In this document: positions 1 to 12,400 of the stretch, one piece after another | How positions within the stretch are numbered: position 1 is the stretch's first letter | How the letters are laid out: each line of letters opens with the position of its first letter | Source: Schmidtea polychroa | Taxonomy: Eukaryota | Assembly: GCA_044892525.1 (NCBI GenBank) | Contig: CM097885.1 | Span: 9,550,001 to 9,614,000 of the forward strand | Direction: 5' to 3' | Length of the DNA stretch: 64,000 bases | Notes under the pieces: generated by a model | Told to the model about the DNA's origin: nothing | The model's database searches: none | Seen by the model: the letters and a program-made list of their open reading frames with translations, nothing else | Translations under genes and position numbers: made by a program

Positions 1-720
1 TTTGCATACTCACTAATGAATCTTCTATAATAATTGAAAATGCCTAGAAAGCTTCGTAGTTTCTTTAAGCAACTTGGATTCCCAAAGTTTTGTATAGCCT
101 AAATCTTAGAAGAATCGGTCTGTACTCCTTCTTTGCTGATTATGTGTCTTAAGAATCTGATTTCTTTCTGTATTATTTGACACTTTTCTGGGTTGATCTT
201 TAGTCCTGCTTCTTCGATCGCTTTTAATACTTCACTGAGTATTGTATAATAAGGTTTTTCTTTACTATTCGAATAAATGAGAATGTATCCAAATACACCA
301 TGGACCCATTTATTTTGCTTATTACCTTTGTCATCATTTCCGAACGGCATTCTATTGAAACAGTGTTGCCATTTCTTTGTTGAGAAGGCTGAAGGATCCT
401 GATAGACCACTCTTGCATAACTTTTCATAGCGTTTATCTGATCTCTCATTTTTTTCTACTTTATCTATCAGAATTAATGTTTCCTTTATCTCCTCTGTGC
501 TTTTTATCTTCCGCAATATTACTTTTTTCTCAACATTTTTATTCTCAGCACATACTATCAACATCTTTGCTATTATTTTGTATTTGGTGAATTCTTAATT
601 CTCAAACAACCTGTTGACAAGGTCCTCCACTTCTTTTAAATATGTTTCAATCTCTTCGCTTCTTCTTTTATAATTCAATAAACTTTCCATATCCTTTATT
701 ACGTGTCTTTCGTAATCAAA
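1..720 (-). pseudogene. Degraded Gypsy-type reverse transcriptase fragment
   Basis: Minus-strand frames read RMPFG, YLD(T), LKAIEEAGLKINPEKCQIIQKEIRFLRHIISKEGVQTD and, at 1-60, LRSFLGIFNYYRRFISEYAK. These are RT motifs broken by frameshifts and stops. Confidence 0.8.
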
Positions 721-1514
721 TGCCATTCGTAACCTGGCTTGAAATCCTTCTGCTTTTTTTCAGCCTTCTTTTTAAAATATTTTTTAAATATAACAATCAT
801 ATCAATTTAATCATGAAAAACAACTTCAAAATGGCCAAATTTGAATGCATTTTTTATGTACCAATGTCGTCAACAGTTTATTTTAAAGAAAATCATAAAA
901 TTTTGAAATTAAAATCTTTAAACTCTTTAGAAATTTCGCTTAATTGAAAAAGACGTATTTCATTTTAAAAGAATATTACGATTACCAAAATGTTCATTTA
1001 TCACTATAATTTACAAATTTGGAGAAAATATCTTAAAAAATCTAAAAACATTATTCAATAAATAATCACCATTTTTTGCTCAAAATGGATAAATAAAATT
1101 AAAATAAATGGTTAATAATATAATGTTGAACCAGAATACCGATAATTAAAAACAATTCAATTAATTAACGAAAATTAACAAAACGTTTGTCAGCGTAAAG
1201 CCACACACCATGAAAACCACAACAAGTTACTAAAGATCTACAAATAAAACACCAAATAAACAAGAAATTAAACAAGAACCCCTAATTAAAAATAAAAAAC
1301 CCAAAAACCGAGTAAAAGGAATAAAACCTTTAAAACACAAAATTAAATCAAGAAAAATAGAAATCAAAAATCATTTAAAAAACTCTTCATAATATTAATA
1401 TGTTTTTTACTTAAACTTTGATAAAAGATTAAATTGCGGGAGATTAGCCTCATTAATTTTTAAATCTTGAAAATATTTATTTAATTATATAATAAATTTA
1501 ACAATAATAAATAA

Positions 1515-1960
1515 TATTAGTGAGCATATTAGTGAGCACAAAAGGGCTGTAAGATTAAAATAGGTATGTTATTAAAAAATTTCGATAATTATTGGGAACG
1601 TGTGATTTGTGAGGCGTTGTTGATAAAGTCATAGAATCCAAAAATTAATGTGCAGAATGCAGTGAATATTTGTATTTTAAATGTTTTTAAATAATTTTTT
1701 TTCTTGTATATTGTATGTATTGATTGTTGTGTTAAATTAAATAATTAATAAAATTTTTTAAATTATTAAATTAAATTTTGAATGTTTAAAATTTTTAAAA
1801 ATAATATATTAATTTAATTATAATTTTAAAGTAATAATTAAATGTTTTTATTAAATAAAAAGTTTTTATATAATTAATAAATTTGTTTAAAATCCTTAAT
1901 TTACATAGTTATTATATCCCATCTGATGATGACAGGAAAACTGTCGAAATATATCGTGAA
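1515..1960 (+). mobile_element. Penelope-like element 3' remnant (GIY-YIG endonuclease C-terminus plus 3' region)
   Basis: Reads ISEHKRAVR...FDNYWERVICEALLIKS*NPKINVQ. Nucleotide similarity to the remnants at 21.3 kb and 40.2 kb. Followed by a hammerhead motif. Confidence 0.7.
1920..1958 (+). ncRNA. Minimal type I hammerhead ribozyme (Penelope-associated)
   Basis: cat-CTGATGA-t-GACAG-gaaaa-CTGTC-GAAA-TATA-TC-gtg: conserved core boxes, perfect 5-bp stem II, palindromic ATATAT stem III, short stem I. Confidence 0.75.
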
Positions 1961-4153
1961 AAGAATGTTTGATTGGCGTTATCTTATAATTAAATGATTG
2001 CATTGTATGTTTAACTATTTTTAATTATTGTTTCTATTTATTTTAATTAATTTTTTAACTTATAGCGTCATGATTAAATAACCCTACGTCATCACTATTT
2101 TTCTCTTAAAATCATTTTAAGATTAAGACCCTGACCCTAACAATTGTTTATTAACCTTTTGCACTCCATTTGCGACTATTTGTCGACACTATTTAAAAGC
2201 TAAAAAACTTAAAAATAGTGTTAGGAGGTTCCTATTATATTTGTGTGTGTTTTATTTATTTTGTGTATTATATGTATAGTTTGTTTAAGAAATCTGAAGG
2301 ACCCGATAGAGTCACCGTTAAAAATGTGGCGGGACAATCGGGGTGCGTGTTGTGTATGTTAACGAGTTAATAACAAATAAAATAAAAATAATAATAAACA
2401 ATAATAGATATCAAACATAAACTTTTATTCAAGTAAAAATTGTAAAAACCTTGTGTCGCAACGCAAATCCTTAACTTGTCCTTAAGATTTGACACTAACT
2501 TTATCTTTGAGTTGAAGGATAATTATTGGTTAACTAATTGGATTTGTAACTTAATTTTTAGCTTTGAATTATTTTCCAGAATTTTTTGATTCGTAATTGG
2601 AGCTTGAGATTTTATCTTTACTGAGATAATTGGATTAACTAATTGGATCTGTAACTTTATTTTTAGCTTTGAATTATTTTCTAGAATTTTTTTTATCGAT
2701 TTTTTTCTTTTGTCGATATTTGTATAGCGATAATTTACTATGGTAAATTATCGCTATATAGTATTTTTATTCTTTTTCCATTGCGACCTACACTCCATAA
2801 AATAACAAGGCGTCGCAAAACGTTGTTTAAAAATAAATAAAATATATAACTTTACATTACAAATAGTGATCGATTGTTGTTATTTTTGTTTAAAAAAATT
2901 TATTTATTAATATATCTAGTGTTCTAAATGCACGTTTGCATGATACCTATTTATTCTTATTTTTAATTAATTTTGTCTAAAGCCTAGCATTTTTCGTTGA
3001 AATTGCAAAAATATAAGCAGGAGTTATCTGCATGTCATACAAAAAAATTCAAGAGTTGAAAGAGTTAATTCTTGATGCTGGCGTTTTTACTGTTAGTAGA
3101 GGTGAAACATTGGTCAAACATTGGTAGGAATAAAAAAGCAATAAATCTACATATTAGAGACCAAAAAACCTCACCTGAGGCTCAAGTCCTTAGTCCCGCT
3201 AATTTTTAATAGAAACGTCTGACAACCCTCTCTAAATTTCAATTGAAACTCATCAATTAATCAACTAATCTGATTTCTAAAAAAATAAATGTTTAATAAA
3301 TTTAAAATTATTATTAAAATTATATTATTATTATAATGTATTTTAAACTAAATTAAATTAATTAAATTAAAATTAAAAATTAAAAACAATTGTTTAAATA
3401 ATCTTACTTTCACTTTTTTACAAAAATCATTATCAAATTCAATTTAAAAAATCAACAAATTCAATCATGTCTAACGAAGTAACTGAAGTTGTCACTAAAG
3501 TCGAACAAGTTGAAGAAGTTGAAGAATCCTCAAATCGAGTCAAAATCAATGGATCAAATATGTCAGAAATACAGGAAACAGAAACCTTCATCGTATTCAC
3601 AATGATATCTCTAGTGACGTTCAAGTTCTTCGACAATGTTAATAACAATAAATTATTTGTTCAAGTTAATTGTATGTCTCTACATTTAGTATAAAGTGAT
3701 GATTACTTGGTAGCAGCATTAATTAAATTTTAAAACAATTAAATGATAATTTAAGCCTTTTGATGCGAATAATATATTTAACACAAATGAAAGAAAATTT
3801 TTCTCATTGATTAGCGCTAAATTCCGTATTTCCAAGTATTTTGCCCAGTTAAGACCTTTTGAAAGTATGAAGTAATGATTACTTGGAATCAGCATTAATT
3901 AATTATTTTTAATATTTAAAACTTAATTTGTATTAAATATATTATTCACAGCAAAAGGTTTAATTGTTTTTTAATAAATGCAATGTCAATTGAAAGGAAA
4001 TCAATGGTGAAAGTTGAAAAAAGTTTAAAAATAAAAAAAAGTTACATTAAAATTAAAATGTCTTAATTCAGTTTTGTAATTATATATTTATCACAATTTC
4101 AGTTTATTAGCTGATCATATTTTAACCTTTAATCCAGATTCGAATTTAATGTA

Positions 4154-4190
<37 letters not shown>

Positions 4191-4656
4191 TCGTTTGACA
4201 TAAATTTATCGTTTCAGCTGCCTTGATAACAATCGTTTTCAGAGGGAAATCTTTGATTATAGACGATGTATGACATTAATTTTTATGTTTTTTTGTATAT
4301 AATCTGGATTTTGATATTACATTTTAAATAATAATATCTTGTTGTATCCTTTGTAATCAAGTATGGTATATTACTGATACGTGTTGCTCAACTGCTGGTA
4401 TTTGGTATAGATTTGTGTTTTGTCGAAATATCCTTGAAAGATCTTTGGATCCCCATTCCTTTCTCTGTCAAAATATAACGAGAATGATTAAAAAATATGA
4501 ATGTCAGCTTCTTGAATAAGCGAGGACATCTTCCATATTTCTTTAGAAATGTTTCAGTATATTTTGTATTGAACAAATTTAATTCAAAACTTTGCCAACA
4601 TAAAGCGTGTTACATTTTTCATGATTATCTCTTGAGAACATCAAGGTGGATATTTA

Positions 4657-5212
4657 TTTTTCATCCAATAATTTGTCAAATCTCACCCAGTCAACTCCAT
4701 TCTGTAAATTGTACGAGGCAACACACAATATTCATAAATTGACATGGTACGTGTCCCACCAAAACAATGCCGGTGGTTCATCTTGAACCATAAAGCGACA
4801 GAAAAGTTTGAATAGCAACATACGTAGCAGGAACATTGAATGTTTTAAAAATGATTTGAGTTTTCTCTGTTAGATTTGCGATTGAGTGGCACTTCGTTAA
4901 GAAGAGCTTAATGTTCGTTTGTCGCAAATTTCAATTAATTGAAAGATGTATGATACCGGATCAATCTCTTATTATCCCATTTTGAAACAATACCGTGTTC
5001 AATACAATAATTCATAGTTAAATACATTTCTTAGACTGAGACTCATTACCAACATAGCCATATTTTTGAACCATAGCAACCATAAATTCTTGATATCTTG
5101 GTCGACCAATAATTGAAAGAAACACAGCTCTTGGAGCATCATTCCAGTAAATCCTTTTTTACCCATTTTCGATTCATTATCAATAACCTAAAGCGACAAC
5201 ATCATTTTTCAT
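4657..5212 (-). pseudogene. act (pseudogene): Actin pseudogene, N-terminal half only, no introns seen
   Basis: Minus strand: [107 protein letters not shown]. Actin signature with stops and frameshifts. Confidence 0.85.
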
Positions 5213-5802
5213 TTCTTTATAACAAAAACTGTGAATAAAAAGAAGTAAATTCCAATAATCGAAAACTTATTATTTTAGAACAATTTGAATTGACCAATCA
5301 AAAAAAAATTCCTTAAACTAATAAATTCATAAAAACCAAGCCAAACTCAGCAAATATTAAAAATGCCAAGCAGAGTATACACACAATAGTAAAATTTAAC
5401 TACTCGACGTGTGCAAAATCGTTGTGCGCACACAGACGCGAATGTACACCAGAAACCACTCAGATACGTTTCCTATAATGTAAGAAAAAAATCAATAACC
5501 TTATATTATAGAAACATACATACTTACTTTGATTTCACGCTGATGTGATCATTGACAGTGCAATGAGATACATCTTACACTATCGAAATCTAAGTGAGAG
5601 AAAAATTAAATATTGCGCACAATCTCAACACATACTAAAAAACACATGCAAACTTTCGATTTATAAAAGTGCTGCTGAGATACGTTTTTAAAAAAACTTT
5701 ATTTTAGACAATTTTGAGAAAAGTAGTAGGATGTGTCACCTCCAGGACATGTCACATCCAGGACACCCCCTACCTACCCACCCCCCCCCCCCAAAGACCA
5801 AG

Positions 5803-8230
5803 GTCAGGGAATCTTCTAGGTTTCATGTTTTTCACCGAACGTATGGTTGAAGCATTTTGTAGAGTCATGACAAATTTTTTACCTTTATTCAAAATATATT
5901 TACTGACACTCAATTCATCGACCATTCCTTTAAATTTCAAAGCCATTCCAACAGCTTATTTCAATTTCTTTTAATTATTTTTTATCTGTTGATTTATTAT
6001 ACATTAAGTAAATTCATTATGATTGTAAATGTCTCTCTATACTTTTTATTAACCCTTTGAGGACGATGGGCTCAAAATTTTTTATTCTCCCAAAGCTGTA
6101 ATTTTTCCTAAATTAACGTATAATTAAAAATATGGCTATTTTGACAACTATTACAAGCTATAGAATATATTGGTGAAAACTAGAAGTTTTGGCATTTAGT
6201 GGACTAGAGTCTAATTTCGTCCTCAAAACCAAAATAAAGTTGTGCGACTGTAGTCTCACGGCGCCCTCAAAAAGTTAATAAGTTTGACTGGTAAAATTAA
6301 TTTTTATTGTAATAGATGTGTCTCAACTTTACTGTGAAATATCTTTTCACTTATTAAAATTCACTTATTAAATATAAAAAAAGGTGATTGGAAAAATATA
6401 TCAAAAAAAGTAACCTTTCCTTTTGATCAGCCATATAATTTTACTTTTAAGGATAACTTATATATAACATGCATTGATTAGTTACAATTTCATCTAATTC
6501 AAAATTTTTCGCATATTTTTATTAGTATTGATCTTTAAAAATTTCAATTTTTTAAATTAGAATTGAAACCTTATATTAGTTATGTCAGATATATTGGAAA
6601 TTCGGTTAAAACATTGGAATTTTATGAATTTTATGAAACAATTTATGAAAGCAGTTAATTTTTTGAAGGTATAGCAAAACCGAGAATAATTAAAATTCAT
6701 TAGCAAATATTCATTTACAATAATATTATTAAGCGCGTCATTGTTGGTGATTCTAATATTCCTTTATTGAAATAAATTTTGGTTGAAAAATATAAATAGG
6801 ATGAAGTTGTATAAAAAATCCCATGTATTTACCTGGTTCAACCTCATGTAAAAGCCATTTAGAAATAAATATACGCTATGATTCTGGTAAATTAATCGAT
6901 TTTGCACAGGATTCAAAAACTCATTTGACGTTACATTTTCCTAAAGTAGATAGCTAATTCAGGTATTATTTCAATGTGGTAGCCAAACAGGTGATGAATT
7001 ACCATATTTTATTGATAAGCAGCATGTATCCGGTTAGTTGCAGAAAAACGATGGATTTGCAATCCCTATCTTCAGTATGAAAACTGCTAAAAATGTGATA
7101 ATGAAAAATCAGAAAATATTACTATCTCTGGAAAGAAATGCTATATCCGAGATAAGGAAAGTTTTACCGGGTGTTGTGTGTATGTTTCAAAACGATACAA
7201 AACCACCAACATCACCATTACATGCTCCAAGAAGTAAAAAAAAGCTAGTCATTGCATACAAACAAACGAATGAAAGGTTATGGAACTATAATTAAAATAT
7301 GATTTGTGTAAATCAGAATTGTTTATATTTGATCGACCAAATTTGGAGTATTTGAAAAAGTAATTCAAATTAATTCCGTTATTGAGAGTAAAAATGATGT
7401 TGAATTTTATATTAACGGTTCACAAACTGAATATTTAGATTTGAACGATATTTTATTAACTGTTCAGATCAAGGTTATAATTTTTTGTGACATCTTTAAT
7501 TTTATAGTAAAATACTGATTATAGAGAAACCTACATTCAAGATTTTGATAATGATAATTACTGTGCTAATCAAATGGAATTTTACAACCATTTGTTCCCG
7601 TGAATTTTTTATTTTTTTTGATTTTAAATAGAATTTTCATATTTAAAATTGAATTTCTTTTTCTGAATCGAATAAAAAGTTGATCTCGGAAATACTTGGT
7701 CAACTGTTATGGAAATGAGAGAATTTATAATTTTAGAGTTAATTAAATGTAACAAATTTATCAAACCAAGTGTTCCTTTTATTGTGAATAACGTATCAAA
7801 AACATAAAAGGATTAGACATGGAAAATCTACTTGTTATTTCTAACTACACAAACACCAATGAGATACATATTTTATAGTGGTGGTTAGTGTGTACAGCAG
7901 TTAGTCTACATTTGTTGACTCACCAATTTAATGAATTTAATTTTTCTGGAAATTTATTTTAGGCATTTTAGAAATGACTTTCAGATAAGATGTAAAATTT
8001 TAAGTAACTTTTAGAGCTTGGATTTTGATCCATATAGATATGAGATCATCATTCAAGTTCTTAAATATTGCTTTTAGTCAACATTTGTAATATTAATTAT
8101 TGTAAATTTATTTTCAGGTTTTTTAGTAATTTTATGAAATTTATTTCTTAATTATTTTAGAATTATTTTGATATAATGTAAATAATAAAATACAAATTTT
8201 TTAAAATTTTAATTGACACATTTTATACAG
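5803..8230. repeat. 2,428-bp inverted copy of host segment 12401-14828, inserted in the left Polinton TIR
   Basis: Reverse complement of 12401-14828 with only a few substitutions. The same 85-aa ORF appears at 7038-7295(+) and 13336-13593(-). Confidence 0.95.
6053..6274. mobile_element. piggyBac-like MITE (second copy at 14357-14578 within the duplication)
   Basis: TTAA|CCCTTTGAGGACG ... CGCCCTCAAAAAG|TTAA: imperfect 13-bp TIRs with TTAA flanks. Confidence 0.6.
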
Positions 8231-8574
8231 GACATGTCACATCCAGGACACCCCCTACCCCCACCCCCCAAAAGCCAAGGTCAAATTTTTTAAGGTCAAG
8301 GTCAATTTTTTTAGGTCAAGGTCAATTTTTTTTTCTTTCGAATACATGGACTCAAATTTAACAAGGTTAGTCACACAAATCGATTTCTGAAATCAAACAA
8401 ATGCATTTAATAAAAATTAAAATCATCGACATACACAACCGCCGCCCGCCCCGAAGGGGCTGGCGCGGTAGTTTGTAAATTTGGTTTAGTTTGAATATTA
8501 CTATTTGAAACATAGTTTTATTATTTACAATATTCAAAGTATTAATAACAAAGGTAAAGAAATAAATGTTTATA
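8228..8574 (+). repeat. Polinton left TIR, main part (first ~85 bp lie at 5722-5806)
   Basis: Reverse complement of about 11573-11962. Contains AAGGTCA arrays and a GCCCC-GAA-GGGGC hairpin. Confidence 0.9.
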
Positions 8575-8626
8575 AAATGTTTATAGGTTTACGGTTACTG
8601 GCGGTACTCCAATTTATTTATTACTC

Positions 8627-11202
8627 TTGGAAAATAAGGATAATTATCATTACACCGCAGTGACCAACATTACACGTTTAATGAACTGCCATCGTAATAA
8701 TGACTGTAGTATTCAAATAAGATGCAAATGGTGCCCACATTGTCTTAACGGTTTTCGAATGGACAATGCTTTCACTAAACATGTGGCCCTATGCAGTAAA
8801 AATCAAACGGGTACAACCCTTTACACTTTACCCGAAAATAAATATTTAGAGTTTCAAAATCATTCAAAGAAAATCACCCCACCCTTTGTTATTTATGCCG
8901 ATTTTGAATCGGTTTTAGCTAAAGATGTTAAACATCATCAAATACATTTACCTATTTCAGCAGGTCTTTTATTAATAAATATTCTTAACAATAGAAAATC
9001 GTATTACGAGTTTTATGGTCTTGATTTTATACCTCAATTTCTTAAAAAGTTAGGCAAATTGCTGTCACAAATGTCCTACCTTATTATGAGCTTGAAGGGA
9101 AAAAACGGTTAGGACCTATGACCTTTGCTGAGGAACGACAATTCAAATCTTGTAGGAACTGCTATCTTTGCAAGAAGGTTTTATCCCTTGCTGTTCGAGA
9201 TCATGACCATTTTACTGGTAATTATCTCGGTGCAGCCTGTAGGAAATGTAATATGGCTCGCAGAATTTATAAACAGTTGCCGATTGTATTTCATAATTTA
9301 CGAGGCTACGACTTACACCATATTTTAAAATATGGTCTCAATGGCTTTCCTTCTTGGAATTTGGATATAATACCCACAAGCACAGAGAAATTTATCTCGA
9401 TGATTGTTCACATTAAAAAAATTAGCTGTTCGTTTTATCGACAGCATACAATTTGTTAATTGTTCTTTGGCTAAGGCTGTAAAAACTCTAACTGATCTTC
9501 CTTTGACTTCGTCGGTTTTTGATAGGCTAATAATAGATGCTAAAGCCATATTTCCTTATAATTATGCGACTGATTTGGATGTACTTGAAACCACTTATGA
9601 ATTGCCTCCTATTTGGTCTGGTGTTAATGAAGATGAATATGCTAAGGCTCAACTTATTTGGACTCAACAACGTTGTACTAAATTGGCTGACTATATGTTA
9701 ACTTATCAAAAATTGGATGTATTCCTCCTTGCGGACTATTTCCAATAATTCCATGTCAAGGCCATTGCATACAATGGTCAAGAACCTCTAAACCTTTATG
9801 GTATTCCGGGTATGTCATGGGCCTCAGCGCTTACGAAGGAGGAATACGTGGTGGGTTAACATTTGTTAACAAACATTACGTTGCTGCTTCTGATAATACA
9901 GAATTATTATATATTGATATAAATAATCTGTATGGTTGGGCTCTTAGCCAAAATCTTCCTTTTGCTGATTTCACTTGGGTGTATGATGGATTGAATGATG
10001 TATTGCTTGAGTGCATGAATGCTGACATTGAAATCCTTCCCTATGGTTATACCATAGAAGTATATATAGATATTCCAGAAATTTTTCATGATTTTTTAAA
10101 TGACTTTCCTCTTGCTCCTGAGAAAATGTGCCCGCCTCGTTCGGGAGTTGAGAAGTTGATGCTCATGCATTGGCCAAAGAAGAACCATGTTCTTCATTGG
10201 AGGCTTCTCAAGCTTTATTTGTCTCTTGGTGCCAAAGTTGTACACATCCATAGGGCTATAAAATTCAAGCAAGCACCGATTTTTAAAAATTATATAAATA
10301 AAAATACACAGCTAAGAGCTGAAGCAAGCAGTGAACTGTACAGAGATTTATTCAAATTGTATAATAATAGCTTGTACGGTAAATCCGTTGAAAACCTTAA
10401 AAAGAGATTAAATTTACGACTATGTAATTCCGCGGAAAAATTAATTACATATTCATCAAAACTATCATTTAGAAAAACCATCAAAATTGATGATGATCAT
10501 TTTGGTGTACATCTCAATAAAGAGTCTATATGTTTGGATAGACCCAGATACATTGGACAATCAGTGCTGGATTTATCCAAACTAAGGATGTATCAATTAC
10601 AGTACATAGAATTAGCAAAATATAGGAGTCAGTTTAACTGTGATATAAATATAGTTGCGGGTGATACCGATAGTTTCTTCTTAGAGGTCAAAAATGTAAA
10701 GCTTGACGTTCTTTTGCCAGCGATGATTTCGGATGACTTGTTAGACACCTCAAATTATGATCCCTCTCATCCTTTATATTCTTGGAGACTCGACTCAGTT
10801 ATAGGAAAGTTTAAGGATGAGAGTAAGGGTGTAGGATATAGTGAGTGGGTTTTCTTGCGACCAAAGTGCTACAGTCTTTTAGGAAATAAATCTACTATGA
10901 GAGCTTAACGCGTAAAATTACCAGGTACAGATATAAAACATCAATCCTATTTAGACTGTTACAACAACAACACAGTTATTTCTGTACCTCAGACTAGAAT
11001 AGGAACCCGAAATCATCAGCTTTTTACTTTTAAAAACTCAAAGATTGCTTTAACTAATCATGATGATAAAAGAGCTTGGGTAGAGAAAAACTCTAGTTTT
11101 GCATATGGACATTATTTAGGGGTTGATGTCATTGATAATGACGATAATGATATTCAATCAGGAGTAGATCCCGATCTCATCAATCAACATCTACAAGATT
11201 AA
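8627..11202 (+). pseudogene. Protein-primed family B DNA polymerase (pPolB) of Polinton type, disrupted
   Basis: Exo I VIYADFES; endonuclease VII-like RDHDHFTGNYLGAACRKCN; Exo II FHNLRGYD; polymerase motifs YIDINNLYGWA, KLYNNSLYGK, GDTDSF. After the stop at 10908 the frame continues to DDKRAW..AYGHY. Split over four ORFs. Confidence 0.9.
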
Positions 11203-11572
11203 TTTAATTCTGTGATCGGACTTGTTTGAATTTTTGTAAAATAGAAATTATTGTAAAGTCTCTTTTTCGTTTTATAATTATCGGTTTTATTTCTTTTTTT
11301 TTTAAATAATTTGATGTGTAAAAGTATTTTATTAGGATGTAGTTTGTTAATAAAAATAATAATAAAAATAATAATAATATTAAAAATAATAATACTTACT
11401 ATATTGTGTACAAACATTATATCTTCAAATATATAACCATTGGATAGAGCTCTTCGAGACCTTTTTAATGAACCATTATTCAAAATAATCTATCGAAGGT
11501 AATCCTTAAAATTCAAATTTAAAATGTTCGCAAATGTAAAGCATGTTCAATGTATATTAATGAGTATCATAC

Positions 11573-11983
11573 TATAAACATTTATTTCTTTACCTTTGTT
11601 ATTAATACTTTGAATATTGTAAATAATAAAACTATGTTTCAAATGATAATATTCAAACTAAACCAAATTTACAAACTACCGCGCCAGCCCCTTCGGGGCG
11701 GGCGGCGGTTGTGTATGTCGATGATTTTAATTTTTATTAAATGCATTTGTTTGATTTCAGAATTCGATTTGTGTGACTAACCTTGTTAAATTTGAGTTGA
11801 TGTATTCGAAAGAAAAAAAAATTGACCTTGACCTTAAAAAATTTGACCTTGACCTCAAAAAAATTTGACCTTGACCTTAAAAAATTTGACCTTGACCTTA
11901 AAAAATTTTGACCTTGGTCTTTGGGGGTGGGGTAGGGGGTGTCCTGGATGTGACATGTCCTGGAGGTGACACATCCTACTACT
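11573..11983 (-). repeat. Polinton right TIR
   Basis: Ends in ACTACT. Inverted match to 5722-5806 and 8228-8574. Confidence 0.9.
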
Positions 11984-12400
11984 GAGAAAAAAATTGCTGT
12001 TTTTAAATGTATTTTTAAAGAAATTACGTTAAAAATTGACATGAAAATGATGAAATATGATCGTAAGAATTATTTTTTTTATTAAAATTAAAGAAAATAA
12101 TCACTAGAATTTCTGATATTTGTTTAAGAAATGTCTTAGAAAAACACATTTTTGTCGATTGATTTAATTATAATTAAAAATATAACTGACTTTCATTCAA
12201 GGGCACCGACAGGATTTTCGAAAGGTGGTGCAGAATAAAACAAGGTCTCTCGGATTAGAACTATGTCAAATCTTTTTAGTCCTCTCAGCATATTTTCGAG
12301 AAAATCGGAGCTTTATGAGACCCAAATAATAACTAATTGACTATTTTTGTTGAAATTCTTGAAAATAGACTACAGTCTACAGACATACAATAGTATTGTA

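Larger units (their letters stand above)
5722..11983 (+). mobile_element. Internally deleted Polinton/Maverick element
   Basis: Ends are AGTAGTAGGATGTG... and ...CACATCCTACTACT. 6-bp target duplication GAGAAA at 5716-5721 and 11984-11989. TIRs of about 410 bp. Encodes only a protein-primed PolB remnant. Confidence 0.9.

Noticed and set aside
3467..3900. 75-aa acidic ORF and a duplicated ATGATTACTTGG..CAGCATTAATT motif (possible snoRNA box C)
   Set aside because: No recognisable domain, and no matching box D or terminal stem could be supported.
7038..7295. Duplicated 85-aa ORF as a gene pair (with 13336-13593)
   Set aside because: Non-ATG start and no recognisable motif. The duplication is explained by the inverted segment.
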